DNA of 64,000 nucleotides from Macrostomum lignano (lineage: Eukaryota). Made by a program: the position numbers and the translations under genes. The notes under the pieces were generated by a model that was not told the origin of the DNA, did no database searches, and was given only the letters and a program-made list of their open reading frames with translations. Shown piece by piece: positions 24,759-35,838 of this stretch; position 1 is the first letter of the stretch, and each line of letters opens with the position of its first letter. The stretch spans positions 62,001 through 126,000 of the forward strand of contig NIVC01002790.1 of NCBI GenBank assembly GCA_002269645.1, read 5' to 3'.

Positions 24759-27700
24759 CACAGTGTATTTCTATGGTAAGATTTTTGAAAAAAAATGGCC
24801 AATCAAGATTTTTACTATCATTAATAGATCACATTTTTCTAGAGAGGAAGCCACAATATTAAAAAAATCTGTCGAGCGGTTGCTGAGTAACTACTGTTTT
24901 TCTGTTTTTCATGCTGTTTCATGCTGTTTTCATTTTTTTGCTTTGATACAGGCTATAATAGGCAAATTGGTATCAAAAACGTTATTCAATGTTTTTCTTT
25001 CAACATTAATAAATTATATTATTAGTATAAATTTAAAGAATGCTTGTACAATATAAAAACTTTCAGCTTGAAACGTAGTTGTACAATGTCAATATAAATT
25101 ACACATTAGGAGTGAAAACAATGTCAAAGTCCACACTGACTACATGTCCTACACATGTCGGCTATTATAATGACGCACAGCCTGAAGCAAACGACTTCCA
25201 AAGCTGGGATTTTCTACATCCTTGACCTTGAAGTTCGCCCATAGCTGCTGAAAGTCGTGGTGCACTGCTTCAGATGCCTGTTCACTCTAGGGACCAAGTC
25301 CTCGCTGTTGCATCAAACAGAACTGTGGCACATGATGCAGCACTGTGTGAACTTTCGGTGTCACTGAGATCCCGAGGTCCATGAACGCCACTTGAAAATC
25401 AGCGATCGTCTGCTGGAAATTGGAGGCCAGTTCATTGCCAAAGCAGCTGGACACAACAAGCCTGAAGCAGCGCAGTGCAGCAACGTACGGCAAGCACTGT
25501 AGCGGGCACATCGATGCCAGAGCATCAACATTCTGCAGGAGCACTTTGCAGCTGTTGCCGGTAAAACTGCCTCCGTGAATTGCCTCCCTGGCGACGTGGC
25601 AGTGATGCAGCCATTTGTCACACTCTGGCCACACTGACTGCATACTACAGTAAATGGTATTTACTACTCCAGTTAGCAGGTGCAGTTCGGGCGGTGGTAC
25701 AATTTCTAGGACCATTGTTGAGGCTGGGAAATTTTCTAGAAGACAGGGACGTACCACATTTCCAAAATTCTTGGCAGCTGCAAGCTTAGAGCCAGAAGCC
25801 TGGAAGTTTGCATGGCTGTCTTCGAGAAGCTTCAGTGTGCGATCTGTGCCCTTCTGCAATAGCTTATTCTTGTGGGCATCGCACCAGCAGCAGGGATGAG
25901 CAGCACTGTGAGCCATAAGCCCAAGCAGCATGTTGCACAGCTTCAAGTCGCTAGCGATGGTAAATTTGCCTTGAAGACTGCTCAGTCCAGCTGCCCTCCA
26001 CAGCAACTCCAGGTTCTGGTAATTTTCTTGAATGGCTGGTGCGATGGCTACAATAAGAATTCGTTTAACACCGGAGTGCTTTAGCCGACTGCTGCGAGAG
26101 TTGCTGCTACAGGCTGCCTGCGAAGGCTCAGTGGAGTCAACACACCAACTGGAATCAAACACAGACAGGCAGATCTTGAAGAACCCACCACCTCCATCAA
26201 TGCCAACCTTAATCATACAGGTCGATGGGTTCAGTTGTCTTTCTTGAATAATTCGCTCGAGAAGCTGCTGAATGCGCACACAAATAACAGCTGGACGTGA
26301 TGTTACTTCTGTCACAACTCCTCGCTCCATGTTGACGAAGTCCAACTGTTGTAGTTCAAAAAAGCTGTCGAGCTGGTGGTGAATATCAGACAGCTTTTGT
26401 TGGAGGTACGACTCTACAGCTGTTTTTGAACCCGACGCTGCTCTAATATGGTGAGCCAGCTTCAGCATAGAGCGCGTGCTGAGGCCCATATCCTGCTGAA
26501 TGCTCACCATGCTGCTGACGCTCAGCTGCTGTGGTTGCTTCGGCGTACTCTGAGATGGTGGCTCCACTTCCATGTAAAAGCTTTCTGCATTATGTGCCCT
26601 TGTAGCAGGAGTACAGACATGTGACTTGCCTCGATTTAGCTGCGAGAGGCACTTCACACAGAGCTTCATGCTGATTGGGCGTCGAGTTTTTGACACAGTG
26701 CTGGCAGTGGGCTCGCAACCAATCCTACTTTGACTGTCAGCGCTTGGCCTTCCTCGTGGTCGCCGATTAACTGCTGCTGGATGTCCAAAGTTTGCGGAGC
26801 TTTCTCTGGCAGCCTGACACACAATACAGTTGCATCGAGTAGCTGCTCGGCTTCGTGTTTGAGGAGGCTGGGCTCCAATCTTAGAGTGGTCGAAGTTGGG
26901 CAGCGAGGACGAAAAGTTTCCTTTCTCGTACTCTAGCAGCGTTATCCTGCATTTTGTGCACAGAGCACTTGGTAGCCGATCGTCCTGCGTATCGTAGCCA
27001 TGCATCTTGAACTCTGAGATGAGTGACTGCATGTGCTCATTTATCCGGCGCATTTCCTTGCCCTTATGCATGCAGATGAGGCAGACGATGAGACGAGCAT
27101 CTTCGTGCGTTCTGGCACTGCTGCTTTTACTCATAATGCCTGACACTGAGCGTGCTTGGTGTCGATTAAGAAAGGTGCTACACAACAAATCTGATATGTA
27201 ATGAGACGCAGAGATTGTGCAATGAATATAAAAACTTCTCTAGTTAGATTAAAGTGAAATCAATCGATAAGAGTGACTTATATATATTCATTGATTGCTG
27301 AGCAGACGAGTTTTTAGCTCAGCAAACTTGTGTGCATTGCGCAATGTATAGCACTATTTAATTGAGTAATAGATGAGTGACTGCGTTCTTCAACTCCAAA
27401 TCATGCACACACAGTCTCCCCTCAATAGAGAAGTAGTACAGTTAGTACAAAACCCATTTGTTACATTCAATCACACAATTGTACCCTGTATTTTTGGAAC
27501 ATTCATTTTGATTAGCATATGAAATGTGTGTAAAAAACAGCCTATTTGTTGGCTAAACAAATGGACCTTAAGCTTATAAGTGATTTTCTGTTTGAACTAG
27601 AAAAACAAAAACAAATAGCACGAAACAGCATAAAACAGCATTAAAAACAGAAAAACAGTAGTTTCTTAGCAACTGCTCGATGGATTTTTTAAAGTCTTGT

Positions 27701-27793
27701 AGCATTCTCTCTGGACATACATGATCTATTGATGATAGTAAAAATCTGGGGTGGCCATTTTTTCAAAAAATGTCACCATAGAAATACACTGTG
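24759..27793 (-). mobile_element. Chapaev-type DNA transposon (RAG1/Transib-related DDE), 3035 bp, with CACAGTG termini
   Basis: The first 19 bp are a perfect TIR (CACAGTGTATTTCTATGGT), and imperfect TIRs extend ~170 bp (24759-~24929 and ~27623-27793). 4-bp TSD ACTG at 24755-24758 and 27794-27797. Removing the element plus one TSD restores the GPCR frame. One transposase ORF on the minus strand. Confidence 0.88.
25149..27134 (-). pseudogene. Chapaev/RAG1-like transposase (~661 codons) with one in-frame TAG at 25287-25289
   Basis: N-terminal H-x7-C-x2-C...LP-x3-C-x2-C zinc motif, then CxCxxC, an AT-hook (RPRGRP) and C-x2-C-x9-H-x-C. Core motifs: KVGIDGGG (D1), IASDLKL (D2), PCCWCD, PPPELHLL, FTGNSC, TPKVHTVLHH. 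Past the TAG the frame continues SEQASEAVHHDF... for 45 codons to the stop at 25149-25151. ATG at 27134; the supplied ORF starts 18 codons earlier. Confidence 0.85.
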
Positions 27794-27797
27794 ACTG

Positions 27798-28487
27798 ATT
27801 TCGTGCAATATTCTGTCTGAGCAGCCAATCTTCATGGTGATAATCTATGCTCGAATCCTTCTGGTAAATCTGGTCCCGTCTATTCTGCTGATCGTGTTCA
27901 CTTCGCTGCTCATTAACGGATTACGAAAGGCAGCCAGACGTCGCAGAAATCTGCTAAGTCCGAAAGCTCGACAGCAGCAGAACCAGCAACACGACAACCA
28001 CGGCGGCGGTGGTACAAGACGTCGGGAGGAGCAGAATAATACGACGGCAATGTTGACGCTGGTGGTTGGTATTTTCATGATTGTGGAACTTCCGATGACG
28101 GTGGTGATGTCATTGTACGCGTTGAGCCTAACATCTCGCGAGTTCATGGGCTACGCGGTGCCAATCATCAACTTCACCATATTGGTCACTTATCCAGTGA
28201 ACTTCTTCATCTATTCGATGATGTCAAGCCAGTTTCGGCAAACTTTTTCTTCAATTTTCCACTGCTGCTCTTGGCTTGGACAGCGACGGCAGCAGCAGCA
28301 GCAGCAGCAGCAGCGCCACCCGCAAAACAAACGCAAACTCGAGCAACAACAGGACGCACAACCGCTCTGCCAAAAGCAAGTAGAAGCAGTGGAGCTGAAG
28401 GAATCAACTAGAACAGGATCTACGCCAGCTGTTGAAACTGTGGCTTGCATCGAAGTGCAGACTCGCGATTCGAATGGAGAAGTGTGA
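27798..28487 (+). CDS. SPR/MIP-receptor-like GPCR, coding exon 2, 3' part (ECL2 Cys, TM5-TM7, C-terminal tail)
   Basis: ISCNILSEQPIF is in frame with ATG 27834. Contains TTAMLTLVVGIFMIVELP (TM6) and YPVNFFIYSMMSSQFRQTF (TM7/helix 8). Reconstructed CDS is 361+350+690 = 1401 nt (466 aa). Confidence 0.9.
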   Translation: MSCNILSEQPIFMVIIYARILLVNLVPSILLIVFTSLLINGLRKAARRRRNLLSPKARQQQNQQHDNHGGGGTRRREEQNNTTAMLTLVVGIFMIVELPMTVVMSLYALSLTSREFMGYAVPIINFTILVTYPVNFFIYSMMSSQFRQTFSSIFHCCSWLGQRRQQQQQQQQRHPQNKRKLEQQQDAQPLCQKQVEAVELKESTRTGSTPAVETVACIEVQTRDSNGEV

Positions 28488-31256
28488 CATTCAGGACGGA
28501 ATCCTCATTGACCAGCTTTGATCGATACTAAGCCATACAGTTATGACTTTATAAATATATATCTTTCCGTTTTAGATTCCTCTCAGTGTTTAATAGATGA
28601 GATATGTTTTTAAAGCAAAAAACCGAACTAAGAACATCTTTCTAGGTTGAAAAAAGAGAATCCAAGATTAGAGAAACCAAGATATAGCTTATTGTATTAA
28701 TAGTTTTCTTTTGTCTTGAATGAGAGTACACATATGTAACGTTTGTAGATTTTTCTTGGTGATTGTCTAATTCAAATTCTAGATACTAGTTTTCACAGCT
28801 ATGCATGTCGCTTTTATACATTTGATATCCCTGTTGTTTAAGATTCCAAAACTAGCTATAGGCTTTTTAGTCTGAATTCAAACTTTAGTAAAGTTTGTCT
28901 AAATGGTCTATATTTGTGTTTAAAAAGTCTCTATTAAGCTACTGACTAACAACTGTTTGTAATTCACCTAGCCCCCAGTGTCACTTGTTAGCACATGTTA
29001 TAACAGTTTGAGTAATAATTTACTGTACAATATTGTACAAACTGCGTACAAGTGAATAATATGGCTGTGGGGATCAATCGACCCGCTAATATTTATCAGT
29101 TTAAATATCATAAATTAAATAGTCCTAAAATTGCTACTATTGAATTTATCATTCAACCCCGAAACCAGTGGTCAACAACACAAGTGGCAGCTTTAATCCA
29201 ACTCCAGCCACAACATCGATCCACTCTCTCCTCACAAACCTAAGCTGGGGCATTGTGACGTGAATTGCATCGCCCACAGTTGAAACAAGAACCGATGGTG
29301 ATCTGAGAAGAGTTTGCCACTGGTTTTGGAGCGGAAACATTAACAGTGTATGCCGATGCCGAGTGTATGCCTGCTAATTTATACTTATAAATGCGCTGCT
29401 ACCTGTTATTGTCAACCTGAAACTAGTTTTTTGCTTATCCATCCCAATATTACTCATATTGCAATTGTTATAAGATCAATGAAAAGATCTAGCTATTTTG
29501 TAGCGATATGTATGTAATCGCACAGTTTAGATAAAAAACATTTGTGATTACTTTTCACTCTGCACTTCCGCTTCTTACGCTCGTATTAGCTATTAAAGTC
29601 AACGAATATTTTATTCCGATAATACGAGTAGTAATCTGTAATTGTTTCAGATGTTTGTGTTTACACCTGTCGTGTATACTCACGTTTTATTGCATGTCCC
29701 TAAACGTCGTATTTATGCTTCTTGTTAACTTATCATGTGGTTTATGCAAGAAGTAACTTATAAAGCACCACCACTATGCTATCTACGCGTATTAGAGTAG
29801 AAGTAGTTAAGCTTATATTTAATTTTAAGAGAATCTGATCGTAAAATACAAATGTCGAGCAAATGTATACATTAGTAAATGAATTCAGTTATTGATATTA
29901 TTATGCTGATTTCAGTTATTCCGTATAAATATAGCATTTTTCAAGCCAATTGAGCCTAGGAGCAAGCAATTTAATCCTTAGTGGGAAAATCGAGCTATTG
30001 AAGACTTGCTTTTCATCGTCTATGGCCCGAAAGGGGGTCTATGGAGCAAGCAATTTGAGAATTTGGGCGCGCAATCAATCCTTTCATGGGCATATTGTAC
30101 TCGTGTACCAAAAACGATAAAATCATTGGCAAGGTAGGAGCTAGGTTTTCATTTTTTCAGTACAAAAATTCTGACTACATTCCATAGGAGGCATACCCAA
30201 TGATCATCTTTAGACATGATAATGTCTTTCTTATAGCTCCTAGTCTTTCGTTTAGGAAATTTGGATTCTATGTTAGTTTTATATCCTAATCCTACGTACA
30301 ATCGCACACGTACTGTGCCTAAAATCATAAAAAGGCACAGCTCAACTCATTATTGGTTTTATGAATCTAATTTATCTTTCTTAGCTCAATGACTGTAGCT
30401 CGTATAACAAAATTTGTCACAGGACATGTACAAAAGATATGAAATTAACATAAGAATCCTAATGTTCTAAATGAAAAGCTCTATGAATATCAATAGAACT
30501 ATAAGAAAGGCAATGCATATCAAAATATGAACATTGGGTCAGTCTGGTATCAAAAGCAACAAGGATTTTTGTACTGAAAACTTCTACTTGAGTAGTCCCT
30601 GGTAGATACATGTACATGCAATAAAGCAACGTGAACTTGAGTATTAATTTTGTGTAGGCGTTTAAAGACTTGTGAACAGAAAACGAGTCCATAACTAGGC
30701 CACTCTACTTAAAAAGTAGGATGTTCTGCGCTTGCGAAAAATGTGTACTATTCAATTTTCTTCAGTCACAGTTGCGAATTTAGAACTATATGAGTTCGTA
30801 TTTGTAGGATTTTTAATTATTTTACACTACTGACGAGAAATATCTACTGAAAAGCCACGCTAGCCCAACTTAGCAAAACTAACGCTAAAAAGTAGATAGC
30901 TATATAGTAAAAAAATATTCGCGCAAAAGTTTGATTACAACTTTCTTCGATGACATAAGCTGCAAGCTAATAGCAGAAACCACCCGTTTTTATTTTGGCC
31001 ATTCACGACTTAACAAAATAATATGGATAATGAATAAAATAGACAGTTTGGTACACGACCAATGTATTGAGATGCGTGCAAGTGCAAGTAAATTGATTAT
31101 GAATGCATTTAATCATTACAGTATTGTGCGCGACACAAAATACACAAAGCAGTGAGTGACTTGAGTGAGTCTTAAATGACTTAGCAAGTTAAATTCCTAA
31201 AAAAAGAGATGCAACGTCACACGGAACAAGCGATCACTGCCAGAATTCCCAACTTA

Positions 31257-32152
31257 TGAGGCGTATTAAAAACAAATGTCGGTGACCTCATATCTCAGCT
31301 TTGACAGGCCACTTTGACTTGATTTTTTTACCACTTTATATAGTAGTATGTTATGAGTATAATGTGTAAAAATCAGCAAAAATCACTGACGCATTTCAAC
31401 GCAAGGAGCTGTTCAAGTTTGTTCCCCTTCTATCTATATGCGTTGCATTTGTGTGCGACATGGCCAAAGCAGGTTATGGAATGAAGGAAATCAAGGAGGC
31501 TCTGTCCATGCAAAGCCCACCCAGACGATCAACTGTCGGAGACAGATCTACCGCCTAATTTGACAGGTGAAAGAGGGATCTGACACCGAAGGCCAGCGGA
31601 GTTCAACCCGAAGAAGAAGAAACGCTCGGTGAGACAATCACTCCTGTCCAGACAGCAGTGGATTCGAGTCTTCGTGTAAAAATTGGGGAGGAATACGCAG
31701 CCGAATTCAGTCTCTTTGTCGGCCCTGTCCACTTGATCCTCCACAAAGATCTTGACCTGGCCAAACAGCAACGGTTTTCCATTGGGATAATGTCCGTCGA
31801 TGGTTAGGTCCGTTCAGCAGAAACCGTGAGGAGTTTGAGGAGAGATACTTGATCTATGTACTTCCTCATCCACTGTACTTGCCAGATTTGGCTCCCGCAT
31901 GCTTCTAGCTCTTTCGTAAAGTAAAACAAGAGTTATCGGTCATCCAGCTTGCTGACAACTCAGTAAGGAACGTGTTGTGAGAGGTCTCCCAGCAGAAGCC
32001 TTTGCCCTGGCCTTCAGGAATTGGATAGATCCCTGCGAAAAGTGCATCGAACTCGTGGGAGACTATATTGAAAACTGTGTAAAATAGAATTGCGTAGCTG
32101 CTTAGGGAGCTGAGATATGAGGTCACTGACATTCGCTTTTGAATACACCTCG
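31257..32152 (+). mobile_element. Degenerate, internally deleted mariner element (~900 bp)
   Basis: ~44-bp imperfect TIRs (TGAGGCGTATTAAAAACAAATGTCGGTGACCTCATATCTCAGCT and its inverse), flanked by TA at 31255-31256 and 32153-32154. Frameshifted remnants read VHLILHKDLDLAK, VFHWDN, LPHPLYLPDLAP..F*LFRKVK and NWIDPCEKCIELVGDYIE. The WVPHxL/TGDE region is absent. Confidence 0.85.
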
Positions 32153-32518
32153 TATCTTATCCACGTATTAATAACTGGTTTAATTCACAATTGAGCATTG
32201 GAAAAGTAATAATTCAAATTATAGCTAAAAGATTAATTTTTACAACAATTTGTAATAACTAAATGCGCGTGCAACATTTCATATGTTAAAATAGCAGAGC
32301 AAAAATGCTAGTTTTACTGACGATAAAAGCTGCCAACTACAGAGTACATAGCCCTGACTCTGAGCTGAAGACATTAAAGTTTACGCAATTACCAAATGCG
32401 CGAACAGGATAGAAAAAAAGTGTAAACAAATTACGAGTAATAAGAGAAATGCATAGAATACGCAAATTTAAACACGGACGCGTGCACTAAAGATAGATAC
32501 AAAAAGGTCTTCTTAGAC

Positions 32519-32643
32519 CAGGGGTCGGCAAACTCCAGCCAGAGGTCCGTGAAACTTAACAAAAATAGCTAAGGTCCTTTCTCATATCTTTTCTCTATTC
32601 CATCTCTGGCCCTTGATGTAAAAAGATACGTTTTCGACCCCTG
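32519..32643. mobile_element. 125-bp hAT-like MITE
   Basis: Ends are CAGGGGTCGGCAAAC and GTTTTCGACCCCTG (inverted, typical of hAT/Charlie termini). No convincing 8-bp TSD. Confidence 0.55.
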
Positions 32644-32693
32644 TCTGCAGTGTCTTGTACACGAGTTAAAAATATTTATCTTAAATAAGACAT

Positions 32694-33506
32694 TTATTCA
32701 TAGAGATCCTCCTGTAGTGAATCCTGACCAGGCTCCTCTACATCAGCGTGCACCTTGGAGTGATCCTTGAGGTGGCCAGATTGGCTGAACTTCTTGCCGC
32801 AAACTTTGCACTCGTAAGGTCTCTCACCTGTATGCATCCTGGCGTGCTTGTTCAGGTTAGTCGACTCGCTGAACGCTTTGCCGCACACCTTGCATTGGTA
32901 GGGTTTTTCACCCGTGTGAGTTCTATTGTGCTTCGCTAGGTTGGAGCCTTCGTTGAACTTTTTGCCGCACACTTTGCACTCGAATGGCTTTTCGCCAGTG
33001 TGCAATCGAGAATGACTTTTCAGCATGTAAGGTAATGCGAAATTCATGCCGCACACTTCGCATTGGTGAGGTTTTTCACCTGTGTGCGTTTTTAAATGAG
33101 TAGACAAGCTACTAGACTTTGAGAATCTCTTGCCGCACACTCGACACTGGTATGGTTTTTCACCAGTGTGCACTCTGGTGTGCTCAGCCAAACCTGAGTA
33201 ATGACTGAAACTCTTCTCGCAAAATTTGCACGAGTAGGGCTTTTCACCAGTGTGAGTTCTCATGTGAACTTTTAGATACTGTGACAGACGAAAGGCTTTG
33301 TCACACACCTTGCAGTGAAATGGTTTCTCATCTGTGTGAACATGCAGATGAGACTTAACATTGAACGCGGTTTTGAATCTCATTCCACAAACATTGCACT
33401 GAAATGGCCTTTTGTCACTGTGACTGATTAGATGTTCAGTTAAACGATACTTTTTAAGATAAATCTTGCCACACTGATCACACTGGTGAATCTTTTTGAC
33501 TCGCAT
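32694..33506 (-). CDS. C2H2 zinc-finger protein, 270 aa, nine tandem fingers
   Basis: Nine C-x2-C-x12-H-x3-H units with TGEKP-type linkers. An in-frame TGA lies two codons upstream of ATG 33506, and an acceptor TTCCAG ends at 33530, suggesting a non-coding upstream exon. Confidence 0.9.
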   Translation of the reverse strand: MRVKKIHQCDQCGKIYLKKYRLTEHLISHSDKRPFQCNVCGMRFKTAFNVKSHLHVHTDEKPFHCKVCDKAFRLSQYLKVHMRTHTGEKPYSCKFCEKSFSHYSGLAEHTRVHTGEKPYQCRVCGKRFSKSSSLSTHLKTHTGEKPHQCEVCGMNFALPYMLKSHSRLHTGEKPFECKVCGKKFNEGSNLAKHNRTHTGEKPYQCKVCGKAFSESTNLNKHARMHTGERPYECKVCGKKFSQSGHLKDHSKVHADVEEPGQDSLQEDLYE

Positions 33507-35581
33507 TATTCAATGATGAGACGGTCTGTCTGGAATAAAGGCAATGTAGCTAAACTATATCATTTGTATATAGATAATTGCAATGTCTGGGTGTAAATAT
33601 ATAGTTTACTTTACAAAAATGAAGGTAGTATAGCAGAGTATTGTGAAGCCTAGTATAGCAGAACGAATACAGTCTATCTATGAGTATATGACTGACAGGG
33701 AGTCTAACACAAATTATTTAGTCAGCAGACAAATAGGCAAATATGTTGAATGATGATTAGGCCAGTAACTTTATGCTAGGCTCATGCTTGGGTGAAAACC
33801 AATAAATTTACAAATTAAAGTATGTAAGACACTCTTTGGTGTGTATACTTATAAGCTATGCTCCTTTCCTTCATGTTTTCACTAGTAAATCATGTAACTT
33901 AATGAAGTGTTGACTTCTCATAAGACTATGCCTTTAAATTTAAATTCATAGATCTAAAACTGTTGGCCAACTTAACCAATTCAGCTAGTATATTGTGCTT
34001 TTACAAGTTAAAAAATAATGACTTTCTGAAATTTTACTTTGTTTTAATCACATAACTAAGTGATTTAACATGGTCAGTATAATTTAAAGTTTGGTACATA
34101 TATAGTTGGATTAATTTAATTATTTATATTAAACACATTAGTGCAATAGACTAGTACACTCCTAAATATTTATATAAAATATCCAACTTCAAACAATCAA
34201 AAAGGAACAAACAAAAAAGGACAAAGAATCTAATAGCACAGTCTAGGAGCCAATGGTTGCTAGAATTGTACCATCTACTGAAAAGTTACAACAAAGTTAA
34301 TTAAAGAACAATATCAGACAATCAGTGCACAAAAAATAGAATTTTCCAACATATTGACCATTCTAAACTATGGAATCATATGGATATTAAATATATCATA
34401 AACTACATGAACAAAATGCTATATTTATATGAAATTTTAAATTCTAAAATATTTATATCTATATTTTTTTATTTAAAAAAATAAAATTTCAAAAAGCATC
34501 TAATATTCTATTTTATCATGTTAGATAACTAATTTTGCTATATAATTCACTTAGGTCCATTGAACAAAAGAGACTGTGGAACTAGTACCTATGTCTAATT
34601 TGTCTATTAGAAGAAAAAACATTAGACATTAATCTATTATTTGGCCTAGAAGCCAATGTCTATAGATTCTTATTAATTAATATTATTCTAATAATAGAGA
34701 CTTCAAAAAGATTTAAGTTTAAGTTTTTTTGCATTTTTTCTATTTGATTTGATAAATATCATTTGCCAAATAAAACAACATGTTTATATTTTTACTTGTC
34801 AACACTTGCCAATACTTTTACTTTTAAAATTTGGTCAAGTATTAAAAAGTTACAAAAATTTTTATATTTTAAAAGTGTTAAGCCAAGTGCACTTGGTGCA
34901 CATGTTATGCCTATCTGGTATAGCACAGCATACCAAAGAGGCTAAGGGGTAGATATATATTAATGAACATGTATCATTGAATAGCAATCATTGCAATTAT
35001 ATAATCTATAATGGCCACCAAATTGGTCAGCCGGATCGGCCAACTTGGCTGACTATTGCGCATGTATGATCCCTCATCTCTCCTCTTTCTTATCTTTCTT
35101 TCTCCCCTCTCTATATTCTTATTTCTCCTTTCGTCTCTCTACTCTTCTCTCATCTTATCTTTCCTCTCTAATATTTTTTCTTTTCTACTCTTTTCACTCT
35201 CCTCTTATGTCTTCTTTATCTTCTCTTTTTTATTTACTTTCTCTTTTCTTTTCTTTTTTTCTCTCCTCTTTCCTCTTCCCTAGGGGATAGCCACCTAGGG
35301 TACACGCTAAAAAGAACTCAAACAACTCAGTTCAAGAGCATTCAACAGGCTAGACACCACAATATATAGATTAGATATATATTGCAACTATATATATATA
35401 TAGCTCTTTGATTAGCTATTAAAAAAACACAAGTAGGCCTAATCTGCATATCATACAAGTAGCTAATAAGGCATTTAACCTTAAAAATGGCCATAGTTAC
35501 TCTTGCCATCTACCCAAAAGTATGTTTATTTTCCTTAGCTTTTTTATAGGTAAGTCATATTTTTGATCGCAAACTAACCTG

Positions 35582-35838
35582 ATTGCAGCGCATGGGCATT
35601 TTGGCGGACGGCGTCCGGCGCGGATCTAATACGGCGCGGCGCGGCGTGTACGGCGCGCGGCGATTAGTACGGCGCGGCGCGGTACTAATTAGATGCCGAG
35701 GCATTTAGGCTTGATAAGACAGTCATAGTTACTCCTGCCGTTTACCCAAAACTTTAGGGTTTCTTTCACAGGTAAGTCATTTCACAGCGTGGCGCAGGTT
35801 GTGTAGGCGTCTGGCATACTTAAGCCATGCGCTGCAAT
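35582..35838. mobile_element. MITE-like element with 14-bp perfect inverted ends, part of a dispersed repeat family
   Basis: ATTGCAGCGCATGG (35582-35595) and CCATGCGCTGCAAT (35825-35838). Internal block ~35690-35763 resembles ~46855-46950 in inverted orientation. Block 35013-35069 resembles 46997-47053 in direct orientation. Confidence 0.5.

Noticed and set aside
24930-25150. Possible RAG2-like partner gene in the heptamer-ended transposon
   Set aside because: Only ~200 bp of AT-rich sequence lies between the transposase stop and the left TIR, and ~430 bp lies upstream of the ORF. There is no room for a Kelch/PHD ORF.
24754-27798. Transib assignment (5-bp TSD)
   Set aside because: The 5-bp flanks are TACTG and ACTGA and do not match. 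Only ACTG is duplicated, and removing 4 bp restores the host frame.
31529-32132. Two protein-like minus-strand ORFs (80 and 75 aa)
   Set aside because: They are antisense shadows of the degenerate + strand mariner transposase.
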